A DNA stretch of 63,864 nucleotides, filler included, from Octopus bimaculoides (Eukaryota), in assembly GCF_001194135.2 (NCBI RefSeq). It is 6 parts of 6 records of this genome, joined end to end, with 100 filler letters (N's around TTAATTAATTAA, not from the genome) between each part and the next. Parts side by side here need not be neighbours in the genome. Positions count along the whole stretch, not along the records: positions 36,195 to 51,554 come from NC_068991.1; positions 51,655 to 53,786 come from NC_069004.1; 4 more parts are not named here. One strand, written 5' to 3'. The position numbers and the translations under genes are program-made. Below are positions 39,280 through 52,745 of the stretch, one piece after another; position 1 is the stretch's first letter; each line of letters starts with the position of its first letter. Under the pieces are notes generated by a model that had not been told where the DNA came from, did not search any database, and worked only from the letters and a program-made list of their open reading frames with translations.

Positions 39280-39385
39280 ATCACCCGATGAGGCACATCT
39301 GCATCGCCGGATGCTCCTGAATCAGTTGTTGAGTGTCCCACTCGTGAGGGATCGATGCTAAATGTGTCGAAACAATTGTCGTGAT
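39280..39385 (+). ncRNA. Type I hammerhead motif with U4C core and enlarged stem II
   Basis: Stem I atcac/gtgat, CCGATGA, stem II ggcacat/atgtgtc enclosing gcatcg/cgatgc, GAAA, palindromic stem III ACAATTGT, GUC site after 39380. Confidence 0.75.
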
Positions 39386-39419
39386 CAATAACAAATTCTC
39401 CTATATTCCATCTTCCATT

Positions 39420-39460
<41 letters not shown>

Positions 39461-39489
39461 TGAACATTTACTGTGTACCAAATTCACTT

Positions 39490-39614
39490 GCAAATTATTG
39501 GTCGGCCTGAGCCTATTGTTAAAGACACTTGCCTAAGGTGTCGTGCATTGAACTGAACCTGGAACCAAGTGGTTGTACAGCAAGATTGTTTACTACACGG
39601 CCATTCCTGCGCCT
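39490..39614 (-). mobile_element. SINE family A 5' part
   Basis: aagacacttgcctaaggtg...cctgcgcct reverse match. Confidence 0.7.
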
Positions 39615-40667
39615 ATAAAAAGACGGATTGCGTGCCGCTAGAACGCCTTTTTCATATGGCTCCGAACAACGAAGGCAAATGTGCAAACCACCAATGACGG
39701 TAATAACGAGTTTTAAACTACAATCTCAGATATATGCTATAGATATCACTTAGTTTCTACAGTTTATATAACCGTTCCTGTAGCTTTTAATTGTATTTTT
39801 ATTCTGTATTTCCGTTCCGTGTAGTGTAGCAAATCGTCGAGTCCTTGAGTTCTGATTGAATATAATGTTTTTATCAACGTGAAGAGCTTACTTGTCTCTC
39901 AATGAAAACTGCGACAAAAAATATGGAGAAGAATCAAGCATAGTGCTAATTTGTACTTTATTTACCGATCTTGGAGGGATGAAATCAAAGTTTATATCGG
40001 CGAGATGTGAATGCAGAAAGTGGGAAGCCAACAACGGAAAAATATTCTCTTCGTTGCTCCAAGACTCAACCATTTCGTTGTCTTGTTAAACTGTATAATG
40101 TTTATTTTTAAGAATTTAAATCGCAACCGCTTCTCGTCAACGTAGAAGATGTTGTATTCAATTAATATCTTCTAATTCAATCAAATAATGTTTAGATTCG
40201 TATCTCATCAAGCTATTGGAAATTTCAATATGAATGTTTCAATAATATTTGTATACAAATGCCGACACAAATACATAGAGCTACACTCACATATACATAC
40301 ACACAGCTGCATATACACATATGAAAGAAGTCAATGCTTTCCCACATGAGTCATATTTACAGAAAATATAGGTTTGTGTCCAACGTCCAACGCGCAGCGA
40401 TCGACTTTTTTCTTTCAAATGTTTTTGTTTTTTAACCCATGAGACCCACCATTACAATGATTTATTTGACCATCTCGAAGACTCTAAAAATGAAAAGATA
40501 AAAATTTTATAAAGTAAACAATGATTTACCATTATTTAATTTGTTCATATTTCTGTATATCTTTTCTAATACATGACTTCACTTCTCATGCGCGCATATG
40601 ATTTATGGTCTTATGGAAGTGTAGTATTTAGCTGTATACGCAGGAGTGGCTGTGTAGTATTTAGCTG

Positions 40668-41133
40668 TAGGCGCAGGAGTGGCTGAGTGGTAAGTAGCTT
40701 GCTTACCAACCACATGGTTCCGGGTGCAGTCCCACTGCGTGGCACCTTGGGCAAGTGTCTTCTACTATAGCCTCGGGCTGACCAAAGCCTTGTGAGTGGA
40801 TTTGGTAGACGGAAACTGAAAGAAGGCCGTCGTATATATGTATATATACATGTGTCTGTGTTTGTGTGTCTGTGTTTGTGTGTCTGTGTTTGTGTGTCTG
40901 TGTTTGTGTGTCTGTGTTTGTGTGTCTGTGTTTGTGTGTCTGTGTTTGCACCCCCCCCCACTATCGCTTGACAACCGATGCTGGTGTGTTTACGTCCCTG
41001 TAACTTAGCGGTTCGGCAAAAGAGAACGATAGAATAAGTCCTAGGCTTAAAAAAGAATAAGTCATGGGGTCGATTTACTCGACTAAAGGCGGTGCTCCAG
41101 CATCGCCGCAGTCAAATGACTGAAACAAGTAAA
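40668..41133 (+). mobile_element. SINE family A, full length with expanded internal 14-bp VNTR
   Basis: Complete consensus; (TGTGTCTGTGTTTG) x about 7 at 40851-40948. Confidence 0.95.
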
Positions 41134-41189
41134 GTGTATGCATTTTACTATTATATATTCAACATTACTCAACGTAATAAGGTGACAAA

Positions 41190-41335
41190 CAGGCAGACTC
41201 GTTAGCAGGCCGGCAGCTTTTCATCCGTCTTTATCCTATGAGTTCAAAATCCGCCGACGTCCACTTTGCTTTCATCGTTTCAGGGTCAATAAATAAAGTA
41301 CCAGTTGTGTACTGCGGTAGAAGTAATTGACTTAC
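41190..41335 (+). mobile_element. SINE family B, diverged
   Basis: gagttcaaaatccgccgacgtccactttgc...aataaagtaccagtt. Confidence 0.7.
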
Positions 41336-41367
41336 GGCGAAAGTGAAGAATACGTACACCCGGTGTT

Positions 41368-41427
41368 TAGGGTTAGGGTTAGGGTTAGGGTTAGGGTTAG
41401 GGTTAGGCTAGGGTTAGAGGTTAGGGT
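41368..41427 (+). repeat. Interstitial (TTAGGG)n tract, about 10 units
   Basis: ttagggttagggttagggttagggttagggttaggctagggttagaggttagggt. Confidence 0.95.
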
Positions 41428-41674
41428 GGTGTGCGTATTCTTTATATCCGCCCGACTTACTCTCTACCCTCGTACTTGCGGCCATGTGCCACAATTGGAA
41501 ATTAATATTACTAAACATGATATGAGTGCAGCGCATAACAGTGGTATTTTCTGCGTGTTATGTGGGTATGAGACGTTTTAGCACAGCCGTTTTTGGCTTA
41601 GCTTATTTGGCGTCGTTGATTCGACGCTGATTTTTTTCGTCGTTTTTGTTTCTCTCGTGTTAATGATTTTCGTG

Positions 41675-41761
<87 letters not shown>

Positions 41762-42787
41762 GCACTCTGTTATTCATTGTCTTTCTCCTTTTCCTTTTTC
41801 CTTTCTCCTGTTCTTTCTTCCTTCTTTACTTCTTTTTTCTCTCCCTTTACTTATATGCGTATGAGAAGGGAAGTGTTTATGACGATCGTGTTGAATTAAT
41901 AAAATGTAATCTCTCCCATCTCTCTCCCCCTCCCCCTCTCTCTCCCTCCTTTCTCTCTTTCTCAAACACACACACGTATAAACACACACACACACACACG
42001 TATAAATACACACACACACTATCCGTATCTGTATATGCCTCTGCACGCGCGTGTGTTTTCCTTCAGTGCCAAAAATTACTATCGTCATCGCCAAAACAGA
42101 TTCACTGCTCAGTCAGCCGTGCCAAATAATCAGCGTCCAAACTGCTGCGACCAGCGGTCTCATTCCGGTTTTATGTGTATGTGTAAATTCTGACAATTTT
42201 GGGTATTGTCATGAAACATTACACTGTTTAGTATATCCAGCATATTATGGGTTGTTTTAGCACAGTTTAGCTCACTCTCCTGGAAGCTTTCAGAATACGT
42301 TATTCGTTTCTCGTCCTCAACAGATATTTTCTTTGTAGAGGCTGAATAAATCTGAACGTTATTCGTAGCCATGTTATCAAGTAGAATATTGGTGCAAAAT
42401 GTCACATGGGAACTTCTACTTTTACCTCTCTAAGTCGTAAAGAAACTCCACCTCAGTAAACAAAAACTGAATTAGATCCGAAGCAGCATTGATGTAGCTA
42501 TGTTGACGTAGAAGTTCATTAATGGCACTGTGCACACATCGAGCCCTAAAGTAGCAAGCTACAATAATGAACATGGAAGGAATAATCAACAAGACATGAC
42601 TAGTTTCTCTTTAGTATTTATAGATTTCAATGAATGAAGCCCATTTGTCGTGTTTACATTTAGCTATCCAATTTAAAAATGCCTAGTTAATTAGTACAAT
42701 AAATATATAAATGTATATGTGGGTGTACGTGAGTGTACGTGTATTACACACACACACGCACGCACACACACAGACACACATATGTAA

Positions 42788-42822
<35 letters not shown>

Positions 42823-42883
42823 NNNNNNNNNNNNNNNNNNNNNNNNNNNNNNNNNNNNNNNNNNNNNNNNNNNNNNNNNNNNN

Positions 42884-42931
<48 letters not shown>

Positions 42932-43149
42932 CATGTATCGTAATGTAATTCCTACGTTTCTAAAAATATATTTCACGTAGTGCAATTATTATCTGGAAAA
43001 GAACTCAATACAGTAGGTAGAGTAGAGAGATTACTTGTTATACCAATTACCGACAATCTATTCTGAATTTCTGGCTTTGATTTTGACTACTGTTCAGTGA
43101 GTGTACTCATCCAGTTGCAATCAGACACAGGCACTACCTCAGCTTCGTT

Positions 43150-43352
43150 ACACTTGGCCCAGCAGCACATCTGGGATGTCAAAATCGGAGAGAGACAGAG
43201 TTGTCCTAGAAACTGGCGGATATATATTTACAATTGAATAAGCTGGACAATGTGGACTGAAACACCTTGCTCAAGAACACAACACACTGCTCGTTCCAGA
43301 AAGTGAACCCACTACCTTATGGACTTAAGCCAAGTATCCTAACTACTAGACC
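43150..43352 (-). mobile_element. SINE family C, old copy
   Basis: acaccttgctcaagaacacaac...cctaactactagaccac is the reverse of the head of 59423-59746. Confidence 0.55.
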
Positions 43353-45003
43353 ACCCAGTTTGTGATTATATGTAGTTAGTATGTGTGTGTGTGTGTGCAC
43401 ATACATATGAATATTATTACGTGTGTACTTATGTATGTATATGCATGTATATGTGTTTTTCACCATCCCTCTGCACTTCCACCTTGTAGGTTTCTAACTT
43501 TTTGATGACGAACTAATATTGAAGAGTCAAATGCACTTTCACTTTCGTTATGTCTCATTTAGCGTTGCTATCATAATTACGCGTTGCTTTCACTTAGCTT
43601 TCAGTGTTTTTATTTAAGCCATAAATTTTGAATATGTGTTTGTGTGTGTGTGTATATACGTGTGCATATATGTTTTTGTGTGAGTATGGCTTTAGTGAAA
43701 AACACCATATATATACGGGATTACATATCTGAACGTGTTTTTTCCTATTTTAAGTTTCTTGGGTGTCAGTTGGGATATATTTGGCTGCTACATCTAGCAT
43801 ATATCTCGGTTTAGATTTTGATTGGGAGAGAGTTGGGGTGAAATTAACATCAGTCGCATGCACTATATTCATAATCACACATTACATTACCAGTTTCATA
43901 CAATGTGACATTCTAACGAAGTAATACACGTTGTCGGTTGTACATGTGTACAAACAACGCCAACAATGATTACGTGGTACATTCTTTGCTTGCGTCCCAT
44001 ATACACAGCAATCTCAGTCCTTCCTAGCTTCAGCTTAAATCCTTATTGATATCATAATCAGCATTCCGCTTGAACAAAGTCATATAGGCACCTTCAGCCT
44101 TAAGATATCTTTTGACCTGCTAAAAATAGCAAACATCCCACACCCTAAATCACATCCTGTTTCCTTTATAAAATGGACGCATTAGGTATTGTAATTCTGG
44201 GTACACTGAAACTGAAAACATTAAAAAAAAGGGTGTAAATACCTCTTTTTTTTATTCATAAGCCTACTGAATCAAAGCTAATCTGTGGTTAAACAGTAAC
44301 TACACCTACACATAATCGCACAAACAGTAAACTTCATCTGAACGTACTTGACCTTTTCTGAGTATACAGAAGAAATAATTCACAATAAACACAGCTCTCT
44401 GTTTCCAGACAGTTCTCCTCTCCCCTCTTTCTGGCCACCTCCTACACTTTTTATATTAGCATAAACTTAATTTGTCTAGCTTGAATATTATCGCCAGTTA
44501 TAGGCAATGGGCTATGTTGCTTCCTTTAACGATTCGCGATGTCCTAACTGAAAGCTCAATTGTTCAGTTTTATTCAGAGTAGAATTATTGAAAACTAACA
44601 TTAAGCTCGTTATCCACGCCAAATATTTGTTGCCATTCTTTACTGTGTTTAAAATGGAAAGTGTAGCCTTTCAGCAAAATTTTCTCCCAGGAACAACTAC
44701 AAATCCAAATGTACCAGCTTTTATTTAATCATTCGCTGGAAAAAGTAAAAGATGAAGCAAAAATTAAAAATATAATAATATGAAATAGAATGTCCACCTT
44801 TTGCCATTTCAGCGGCAAATATCACTTTGATAGCTTTTATAGCCGACTTAATTGAATCCTCAACTGCCGAAAGCATTCCATTGTGAGTGTATTCACGAGT
44901 GAGAAGTTGTTCCGTAATAATTACTTCAATGAAAACAATAATTCCAATGCATAACATGAATTCGATCTGTACAAAAACATATAAAACAACTCGAGATGCA
45001 GTT

Positions 45004-45242
45004 TATCTCCAGTCTGATGAAGGTTAGTGACTGAATTGTTGCAGTACCTACCAGGGTCTGGATAATTGAAAACATGTTTGTGACCAACCGTTCCGGTTTT
45101 TCAATCCTGCTTTTATAGATCGGCTTTTCACGCCTAAATCTAAACGAGCAATTTAAGTAGTAAACAGTGTATAAACATATACATACATGTGTGTACACAC
45201 ACATACACAAACACACACATATACACACACAAATACACAAAC

Positions 45243-45297
<55 letters not shown>

Positions 45298-45762
45298 NNN
45301 NNNNNNNNNNNNNNNNNNNNNNNNNNNNNNNNNNNNNNNNNNNNNNNNNNNNNNNNNNNNNNNNNNNNNNNNNNNNNNNNNNNNNNNNNNNNNNNNNNNN
45401 NNNNNNNNNNNNNNNNNNNNNNNNNNNNNNNNNNNNNNNNNNNNNNNNNNNNNNNNNNNNNNNNNNNNNNNNNNNNNNNNNNNNNNNNNNNNNNNNNNNN
45501 NNNNNNNNNNNNNNNNNNNNNNNTATCTCCAGTCTGATGAAGGTTAGTGACTGAATTGTTGCAGTACCTACCAGGGTCTGGATAATTGAAAACATGTTTG
45601 TGACCAACCGTTCCGGTTTTTCAATCCTGCTTTTATAGATCGGCTTTTCACGCCTAAATCTAAACGAGCAATTTAAGTAGTAAACAGTGTATAAACATAT
45701 ACATACATGTGTGTACACACACATACACAAACACACACATATACACACACAAATACACAAAC

Positions 45763-45800
<38 letters not shown>
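45004..45800. other. Identical duplication on both sides of an N gap (probable assembly artefact)
   Basis: 45004 to about 45250 is repeated at 45524 to about 45770, both running into the same (AT)n tract. Confidence 0.8.
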
Positions 45801-45807
<7 letters not shown>

Positions 45808-46142
45808 CATGCATACATACATGCATACATACATACATATATACATACATACATACATACATACATGTATGCATGTATGTATATGACTTGATAGAAATTT
45901 GGCTGATCTTATTAGCATTTCAAGGGACCACAAATAGGCACCACTTTCGTTTGATAGTGTTGATGATGCTTATTGCTATCGCCATTTAGCCCTATGTCGC
46001 CCTTCATTAAGCAGTATATTGTGTACCTGTATGGTATATATGATATGTGTGCACATATGTGCGTATGTATGATACATTCCATTACTGTTTATACGACGTT
46101 GCTAAATATTCATTGCGCACATAAAACTTCACAACTGAACTA

Positions 46143-46231
<89 letters not shown>

Positions 46232-48553
46232 GGGAGGGAGATAGACAGAGACGGACAGACAGACAAAAAGACTAAATACCATGCGGGTCAATCAGAAACC
46301 ATTCCACTTCTAGAAACATCAGACAATTCTTCCAAAAATTACTCTATGTTGTTCTATGAGAGCGGGGCATATTGTTTAATGGAATCCTAGATATAGAATA
46401 TCCGAGAGAAGGTTGAGATAGTCATGTCGAGAGATATTGGAAAGACTTTTACCATAGATTTGTTTCTTTCAGGGTGATGTGCAGATAAACAAGAACAATT
46501 AAACGTTATATAATATTTAGTTTGCCTCGAACCAGTAATCCATTGCTAGCCGAATGGATGTCATACCGATTGCGTTACATCAATCCTGATCTCTCACTAA
46601 GAGAGAAATTTTGTAGTGATGATTACAGTCACATATAGCACAACCAAAACCACTACCAACGGAAATATCAACAACAAAAGTCGACCAGAGTTCTAAAAGT
46701 CCCTTTCCTTGATATAAATAGGAAGTTAAATTCCGTAAGTCCACAACTTACTATCTTTAAAAAAGGAGTCATCGAAGAAAATGTCAGCCTAATTATTTCT
46801 CAAACGACGGGATGATCACAGCCGGAATGTCTTTGGTCACAGGGCTGCATAATAAAGGTTATACTGGGAAATGTCGTCGTAATTATTTCTAAAACTAAGG
46901 GGTAGTAACAGCTGGAATAATGTTGGTCATAGGTCCGCGTCATAAATAACGGTAACAATAGTAAGCATTTACAATACTATCATGCGAACGCGCTCACTCA
47001 ATGTGGTCCCTTCACATAATAATAATAAGAGCAAGCAAATATCCAGCTTTAAAAAAATGTATATGAACTAATGTCTTAGAGATACTAGACTACTAAAGAC
47101 GATATAGTTACGACTGGAATCTCTTTGAGCTTAAGTCTGCTCGTTCATGTTTGATCTGGTGATAAGAAATGAAAGTATGGAGTATCTATCTACCACAGGA
47201 AAAGCTAGAAATAGCAGCCGAAGTTACTTCAGGTCACTTTACATGATCTTAAGCATGGGACAATATGTTGGTTGATGTCGCTCTGAATAAATGTATGAGG
47301 ATAAAATGGCCACTAGTACAACAATTTGGATTCTAACTCCATTCGATCCAAGTTCGCTTGAATTTCAAAAATAACAGTACTAAAAGCAACAACAAAAATA
47401 ACAGTACTAAAAGCAACAACAACAAATATAACAGTACTAAAAGCAACAGCAAAAAATAAAAGAAAAGCATCAACAACAAAAATATACGAGGGCAAATCAT
47501 ATGCATACTCAAAACGTTTCCCGTAACCAAACTTAAAGGATAGCACGGGATTTTGTCAGTGAACAGGTCGCGGTTTCAAAGCGACGAAAATATTTTGACA
47601 AATTAAATTTAAATGTTGAAGTGAATCTAACGGTTTTTGTGTGTGTTTAAATGGCTTATAAAGACCTTCCACGCTGCCATTGCTTTTGTTTCAGCACACG
47701 ATCTTAGATCAGGTCACTTGCTATGCAAGTACATCTCCGTAATATNNNNNNNNNNNNNNNNNNNNNNNNNNNNNNNNNNNNNNNNNNNNNNNNNNNNNNN
47801 NNNNNNNNNNNNATATATATATGTATATATATACTGTTAAGTGTTAAAAATCATTTATTTCTGTTTCGAACCTACTGGTCACGGGAATCGGATTTTACGA
47901 AACTCGTCTGCGTAATGTGCTGGGTAACTGGACGTATAAGCACTATATTATGTCTATTAGGACAATCTGCAGTGGATAAACCATTCCCCGCTATTCCCTC
48001 AAAACATTTTTCTTTTGCTACACCCATTAAACTTCTTTGCAACAATAGATGATGATTTAGAATTTGCATCAGTATTGTATTATAATGAAAAGTGCAATGA
48101 TATTATTCTGAATCTTGCGTATATCAACAACTGTCTGTTGCTTTGTAATAACTTCACAAACATCACTAAACAACCAGCCTTTAGCATTTCATAAGTTCCT
48201 GTTTCTTGTTCTACGCTATCTAGCGTCACACGACACTTCTTTGGATTGTTTCGTCTCCCTGAAGCTTTGATATAAAATACGGGGGCCGAGAGGTGCGTCC
48301 TCATAGAGATATCAGCAAACATCCGGAGTGCAACGAGCGTAATGCGCATGCTGAAAGACGGCGGTGGAAGTGAATACTGACAGTCACTCTTGATTCACAT
48401 TTCATTCTCCGGGCTGTTTAGTTCAACAGGGAACATTTTAACGACACTCAAATACATACATACTAATATATATATGTGTGTGCGTACGAACATGTACATA
48501 TGTATGAATGTATGTATTGTGTGTGTGTATGTGTATATATATATATATATATA

Positions 48554-48618
<65 letters not shown>

Positions 48619-48926
48619 NNNNNNNNNNNNNNNNNNNNNNNNNNNNNNNNNNNNNNNNNNNNNNNNNNNNNNNNNNNNNNNNNNNNNNNNNNNNNNNNNN
48701 NNNNNNNNNNNNNNNNNNNNNNNNNNNNNNNNNNNNNNNNNNNNNNNNNNNNNNNNNNNNNNNNNNNNNNNNNNNNNNNNNNNNNNNNNNNNNNNNNNNN
48801 NNNNNNNNNNNNNNNNNNNNNNNNNNNNNNNNNNNNNNNNNNNNNNNNNNNNNNNNNNNNNNNNNNNNNNNNNNNNNNNNNNNNNNNNNNNNNNNNNNNN
48901 NNNNNNNTTTATTGAAATGTATAATT

Positions 48927-48957
<31 letters not shown>

Positions 48958-50687
48958 ATTTGACCATATATAGTGATGTGGGAAAACGTGAGGAAAAAAT
49001 ACAATAAAAAAAGATAAATTTCTTTTTTCGCTATATATCCAAGTCGTGAGTCAGTGATTTATGGGAAAAATATAGTCTTGAGTATTTTTGCCACCTGTTA
49101 GTGATCCCGTCACCTTTTCTGAGTTAAAAAACGGAGTCTCTAGCTTGTCAGTTAATCTGCTAGAAGTTATAGCCAAATATCTATCAACTCAACCTCTAGG
49201 CTTAGAAATGCTTATGTAGAATCTGCTCAGACTTAGTTCGAAATATTTATATGACTAAGACGGGTTGATTACAGTTACAATCCCTTTAATCATAAATCTG
49301 CGTGATCAGATCTGATGTGGAGGCTAGAAAATAATATCATCAACAACAACAGAAGCTACCGTGATTGTATATCTAGTTTCAATTCTGTAATTTAAGATAC
49401 AAATAAAAGCAATGAAACGAGTTGCAGTTCTATTACAAATGACCTATTTCTTTAGCCATGTTTTCTTTAGAATTCTACAGGAATTAATCAAGTTTCCAAG
49501 AAAAGAAATTCCCCTAGGCTTTGTTCTTCTTCACACGATCGTCATTACGTTTAGCTTAGAAATAATCCAATTATTTGTGCATAGTCTCACAATGATTGTG
49601 TTCTTAAAAAAAAATAAAGCAAAACAAACCAAAAAGGAATCGTAGAATTTCGAAGATTTTGATTTTGGTGTTCGTAATTGTCATTGTAACATTAGTAATT
49701 ATTATTTCATTATTATTTTATCATTGTTGTTGTTGTTGTTGCTGTTGTTGTTGTTGTTGCTATCGTCATTATCCTCGTTTTCGGAAGCAGATGTGACTCC
49801 ACCTCGCTCCGAGGAATTTGTAAAATTTACCAACTATGTCTAGATGGGAAAATGTTTGTTTTAGAATATTTTTTCCACAGGGGACATTCTGTGATGCGTC
49901 AGATTTCAGCAGCATATTGAATACAACATCGAAAAACACAAACATATTTTTTTTCTAAAATTAAGAAAACAAAGTAACTTAAATCGTTATTTTAAGCAAC
50001 GCAAATGATACTGCAAATAATGGTTTCGTTAGTGTACCGAGCAACAAGGGGTCACCGAAGAGGAGTAAATATCTTCGAGACAGAGATATGGGAAGAAAAA
50101 AAAAAACAGATGTCTTGCCTAAACACCTTACAGAAGGGTCAGGAAGGAAGGTCACACATCGCTGAATCTGAGAACACATAGGTTCTACTCATGACTTTGC
50201 AGAAACAAGTCGTGGTAGCCCGGGCCGATATGCCGTATAACATGTAAAACATGGGCCGGAATGAAGCTTGTGAGACTATACCTGGTTCTTAAATTTCATT
50301 ATGCGAAACGGCAAACCGAAGTGGTGTGCCAAACGCACACACACACTACAATACAAGAAGCGAAGCGCACGAAGAATGCTGTGAATGAGATTGGTAAAAA
50401 TGTTGGCTTTTGTATCACATCACAGACTTTTTTAGTCAATGCACAAATGATTAGAAACCACATTAGGTTGCGAGGTGTCTGAATAGTCAATGGAATTTTT
50501 AATGACCCTTGAGGGCTTTTGTGGGCTTTGCTTTGTGGTGGGCCCGAAAAGAAAACCAATAAAGATCAGTGGTTACAGAAAAGAAGCAAACACGGTACAT
50601 GTAGAAATAAAAGAGAGTTGAAAGCTTTCTGTCTTGAAGTTAAAACGGTAGAAAATACGAGAACACATCACAGCCAGCATCAAGAGC

Positions 50688-50719
<32 letters not shown>

Positions 50720-51391
50720 CAACAACAACGACAGCAGCAGCAGCAGTAGGTATGTAAAGCTGCTGCTCTCAAAACATCACCGGTCGATAGTGCCGAAGCA
50801 TCCGAAGAAATTACCACGTCCTGAATCCCAGAAGACGACAAGGAACCCTCTGGTTTGTATAATAACGAGCACTAGTTTGTTATCGTCAGTGATGAAGAGG
50901 AGATGAACCATCGTGAACAAGTGTTTCATTTTGTTTAAGGTAATAAGGAGAGTAAAAGGGTAAAGAGTAAAAGACAAAGGAATGTGAAATGTATCACCAG
51001 AGAAAAGGAATGGGGAACGTGCAAGGAGTTCCCTCTCGAGAAAAACATGAGCCACATTGTCGTTCGAAGTACAAGTTTTCTCCTTACACTGATAATGGAA
51101 GATATGTTTGATCTGCAAGGTGAGGCACAAAATCAACCAAACAACATAGAAAGCGATACAAATGATAGTCTAGAGTACACGAATTTTATATCATCACCTG
51201 AAAAAAGAAGAGAAAATAGAAAAAAACACTAGATTTGAGAATGGAAAATTCTACTGTGCAGAAAATATTTTTGTGTAAGAGTCATTAGACTCTGAAGAAA
51301 GGGGGATGTCAGCGTAGTACGCTACTGCGATTCACGTTCGGGAGAAAAACCGTTATTTGTTTCGTGTATGCTTTTCTTGTATCGTATTCAT

Positions 51392-51553
51392 CAGGAGTGG
51401 CTGTGTGGTAAGTAGCTTGCTTACCAGCCACATGGTTCCGGGTTCAGTCGTACTGCGTGGCACTATGGGCAAGTGTCTTCTACTATAGCCTCGGGCCTAC
51501 CAAAGCCTTGTGATTGGATTTGGTAGACGGAAACTGAAAGAAGCCTGTCGTAT
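51392..51553 (+). mobile_element. SINE family A 5' half
   Basis: ggagtggctgtgtggtaagtagcttgc...gaaagaagcctgtcgta. Confidence 0.9.
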
Positions 51554-51654
51554 TNNNNNNNNNNNNNNNNNNNNNNNNNNNNNNNNNNNNNNNNNNNNTT
51601 AATTAATTAANNNNNNNNNNNNNNNNNNNNNNNNNNNNNNNNNNNNNNNNNNNN

Positions 51655-52740
51655 CGACACATGAAATGCACCATTTTGGGCGTGGCCGTTGCCAGTGCCG
51701 CCTGGCTGGCCTTCGTGAGATTTTCGAGCAAGATCGTTGCCAGTGCCCCTGGACTGGCTCATGTGCGGGCGACACATGAAATGCACCATTTTGGGCGTGG
51801 CCATTGCCAGTGCCGCCTGGCTGGCCTTCGTGGAATTTTCGATTGAGATCGTTGCCAGTGCCCCTGGACTGGCTCTTGTGGGGGTGACACATGAATTTTT
51901 CGAGCGAGACCGTTGCCAGTGCCCCTGGACTGGCTCATGTGCGGGCGACACATGAAATGCACCATTTTGGGCGTGGCCATTGCCAGTGACGCCTGGCTGG
52001 CCTTCGTGGAATTTTCGAGTGAGATCGTTGCCAGTGCCCCTGGACTGGCTCTTGTGCGGAGCGGTCATAGGATTTTCAAGCGAGATCGTTGCCAGTGCCC
52101 CCGCACTGGCTCTTGTGTCGGTGACACATGAAATTTTTCGAGCGAGATCGTTGCCAGTGCCCCTGAAATGGCTCTTGTGCGGGGCTGTCATAGGATTTTT
52201 GAGTGAGATCATTGCCAGTGCCCCTGGACTGGCTCATGTGCGGGCGACACATGAAATGCACCATTTTGGGCGTGGCCGTTGCCAGTGCCGCCTGGCTGGC
52301 CTTCGTGGGATTTTCGATCGGGATCGTTGCCAGTGCCCCTGGACTGGCTCTTGTGCGGAGCCGTTGTAGGATTTTCAAGCGAGATCGTTGCCAGTGCCCC
52401 TGGACTGGCTCTTGTGCGGGTGACACATGAAATTTTTCGAGCGAGATCGTTGCCAGTGCCCCTGGGCTGGCTCTTGTGCGGGTGACACATGAAATGCACC
52501 GTTTTGAGCGTGGCCGTTGCCAGTACCGCCTGACTGGCCTTCGTGCGGGTGACACGTAAAAGCACCCACTACACTCTCTGAGTGGTTGGCATTAGGAAGG
52601 GCATCCAGCTGTAGAAACTCTGCCAAATCAGATTGGAGCCTGGTGTAGCCATCTGGTTTCACCAGTCCTCAGTCAAATCGTCCAACCCATGCTAGCATGG
52701 AAAGCAGACGTTAAACGATGATGATGATGATGACGATGAT
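51655..52740 (+). mobile_element. Family D element: 15-unit hairpin array plus RTE-like tail
   Basis: Units of 48-67 bp each begin (g/a)ttgccagt; tail 52560-52740 nearly identical to 27960-28141, ending in (GAT)n. Confidence 0.9.
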
Positions 52741-52745
52741 ATATA

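Noticed and set aside
45010-45090. CTGATGA...GAAAACATGTTT
   Set aside because: Stem II does not close next to GAAA and stem I does not pair.
47500-47565. Minus-strand CTGACAA...ccgt/acgg-GAAACGTT
   Set aside because: Uncompensated G8A, extra linker bases and an offset stem I; compatible with chance.
48080-48349. 89-aa minus-strand ORF preceded by an acceptor-like site
   Set aside because: No recognisable domain and no linked exons; this length is reachable by chance.
10956-48967. Long ORFs rich in X, YI/IY, HT, CV or SL
   Set aside because: Translations of N gaps and (AT)n, (CA)n or (CT)n microsatellites.
51655-52560. CRISPR-like look of constant repeats with variable spacers
   Set aside because: The spacers are related to each other and fall into four classes, the array is part of a dispersed eukaryotic repeat, and there are no cas genes.
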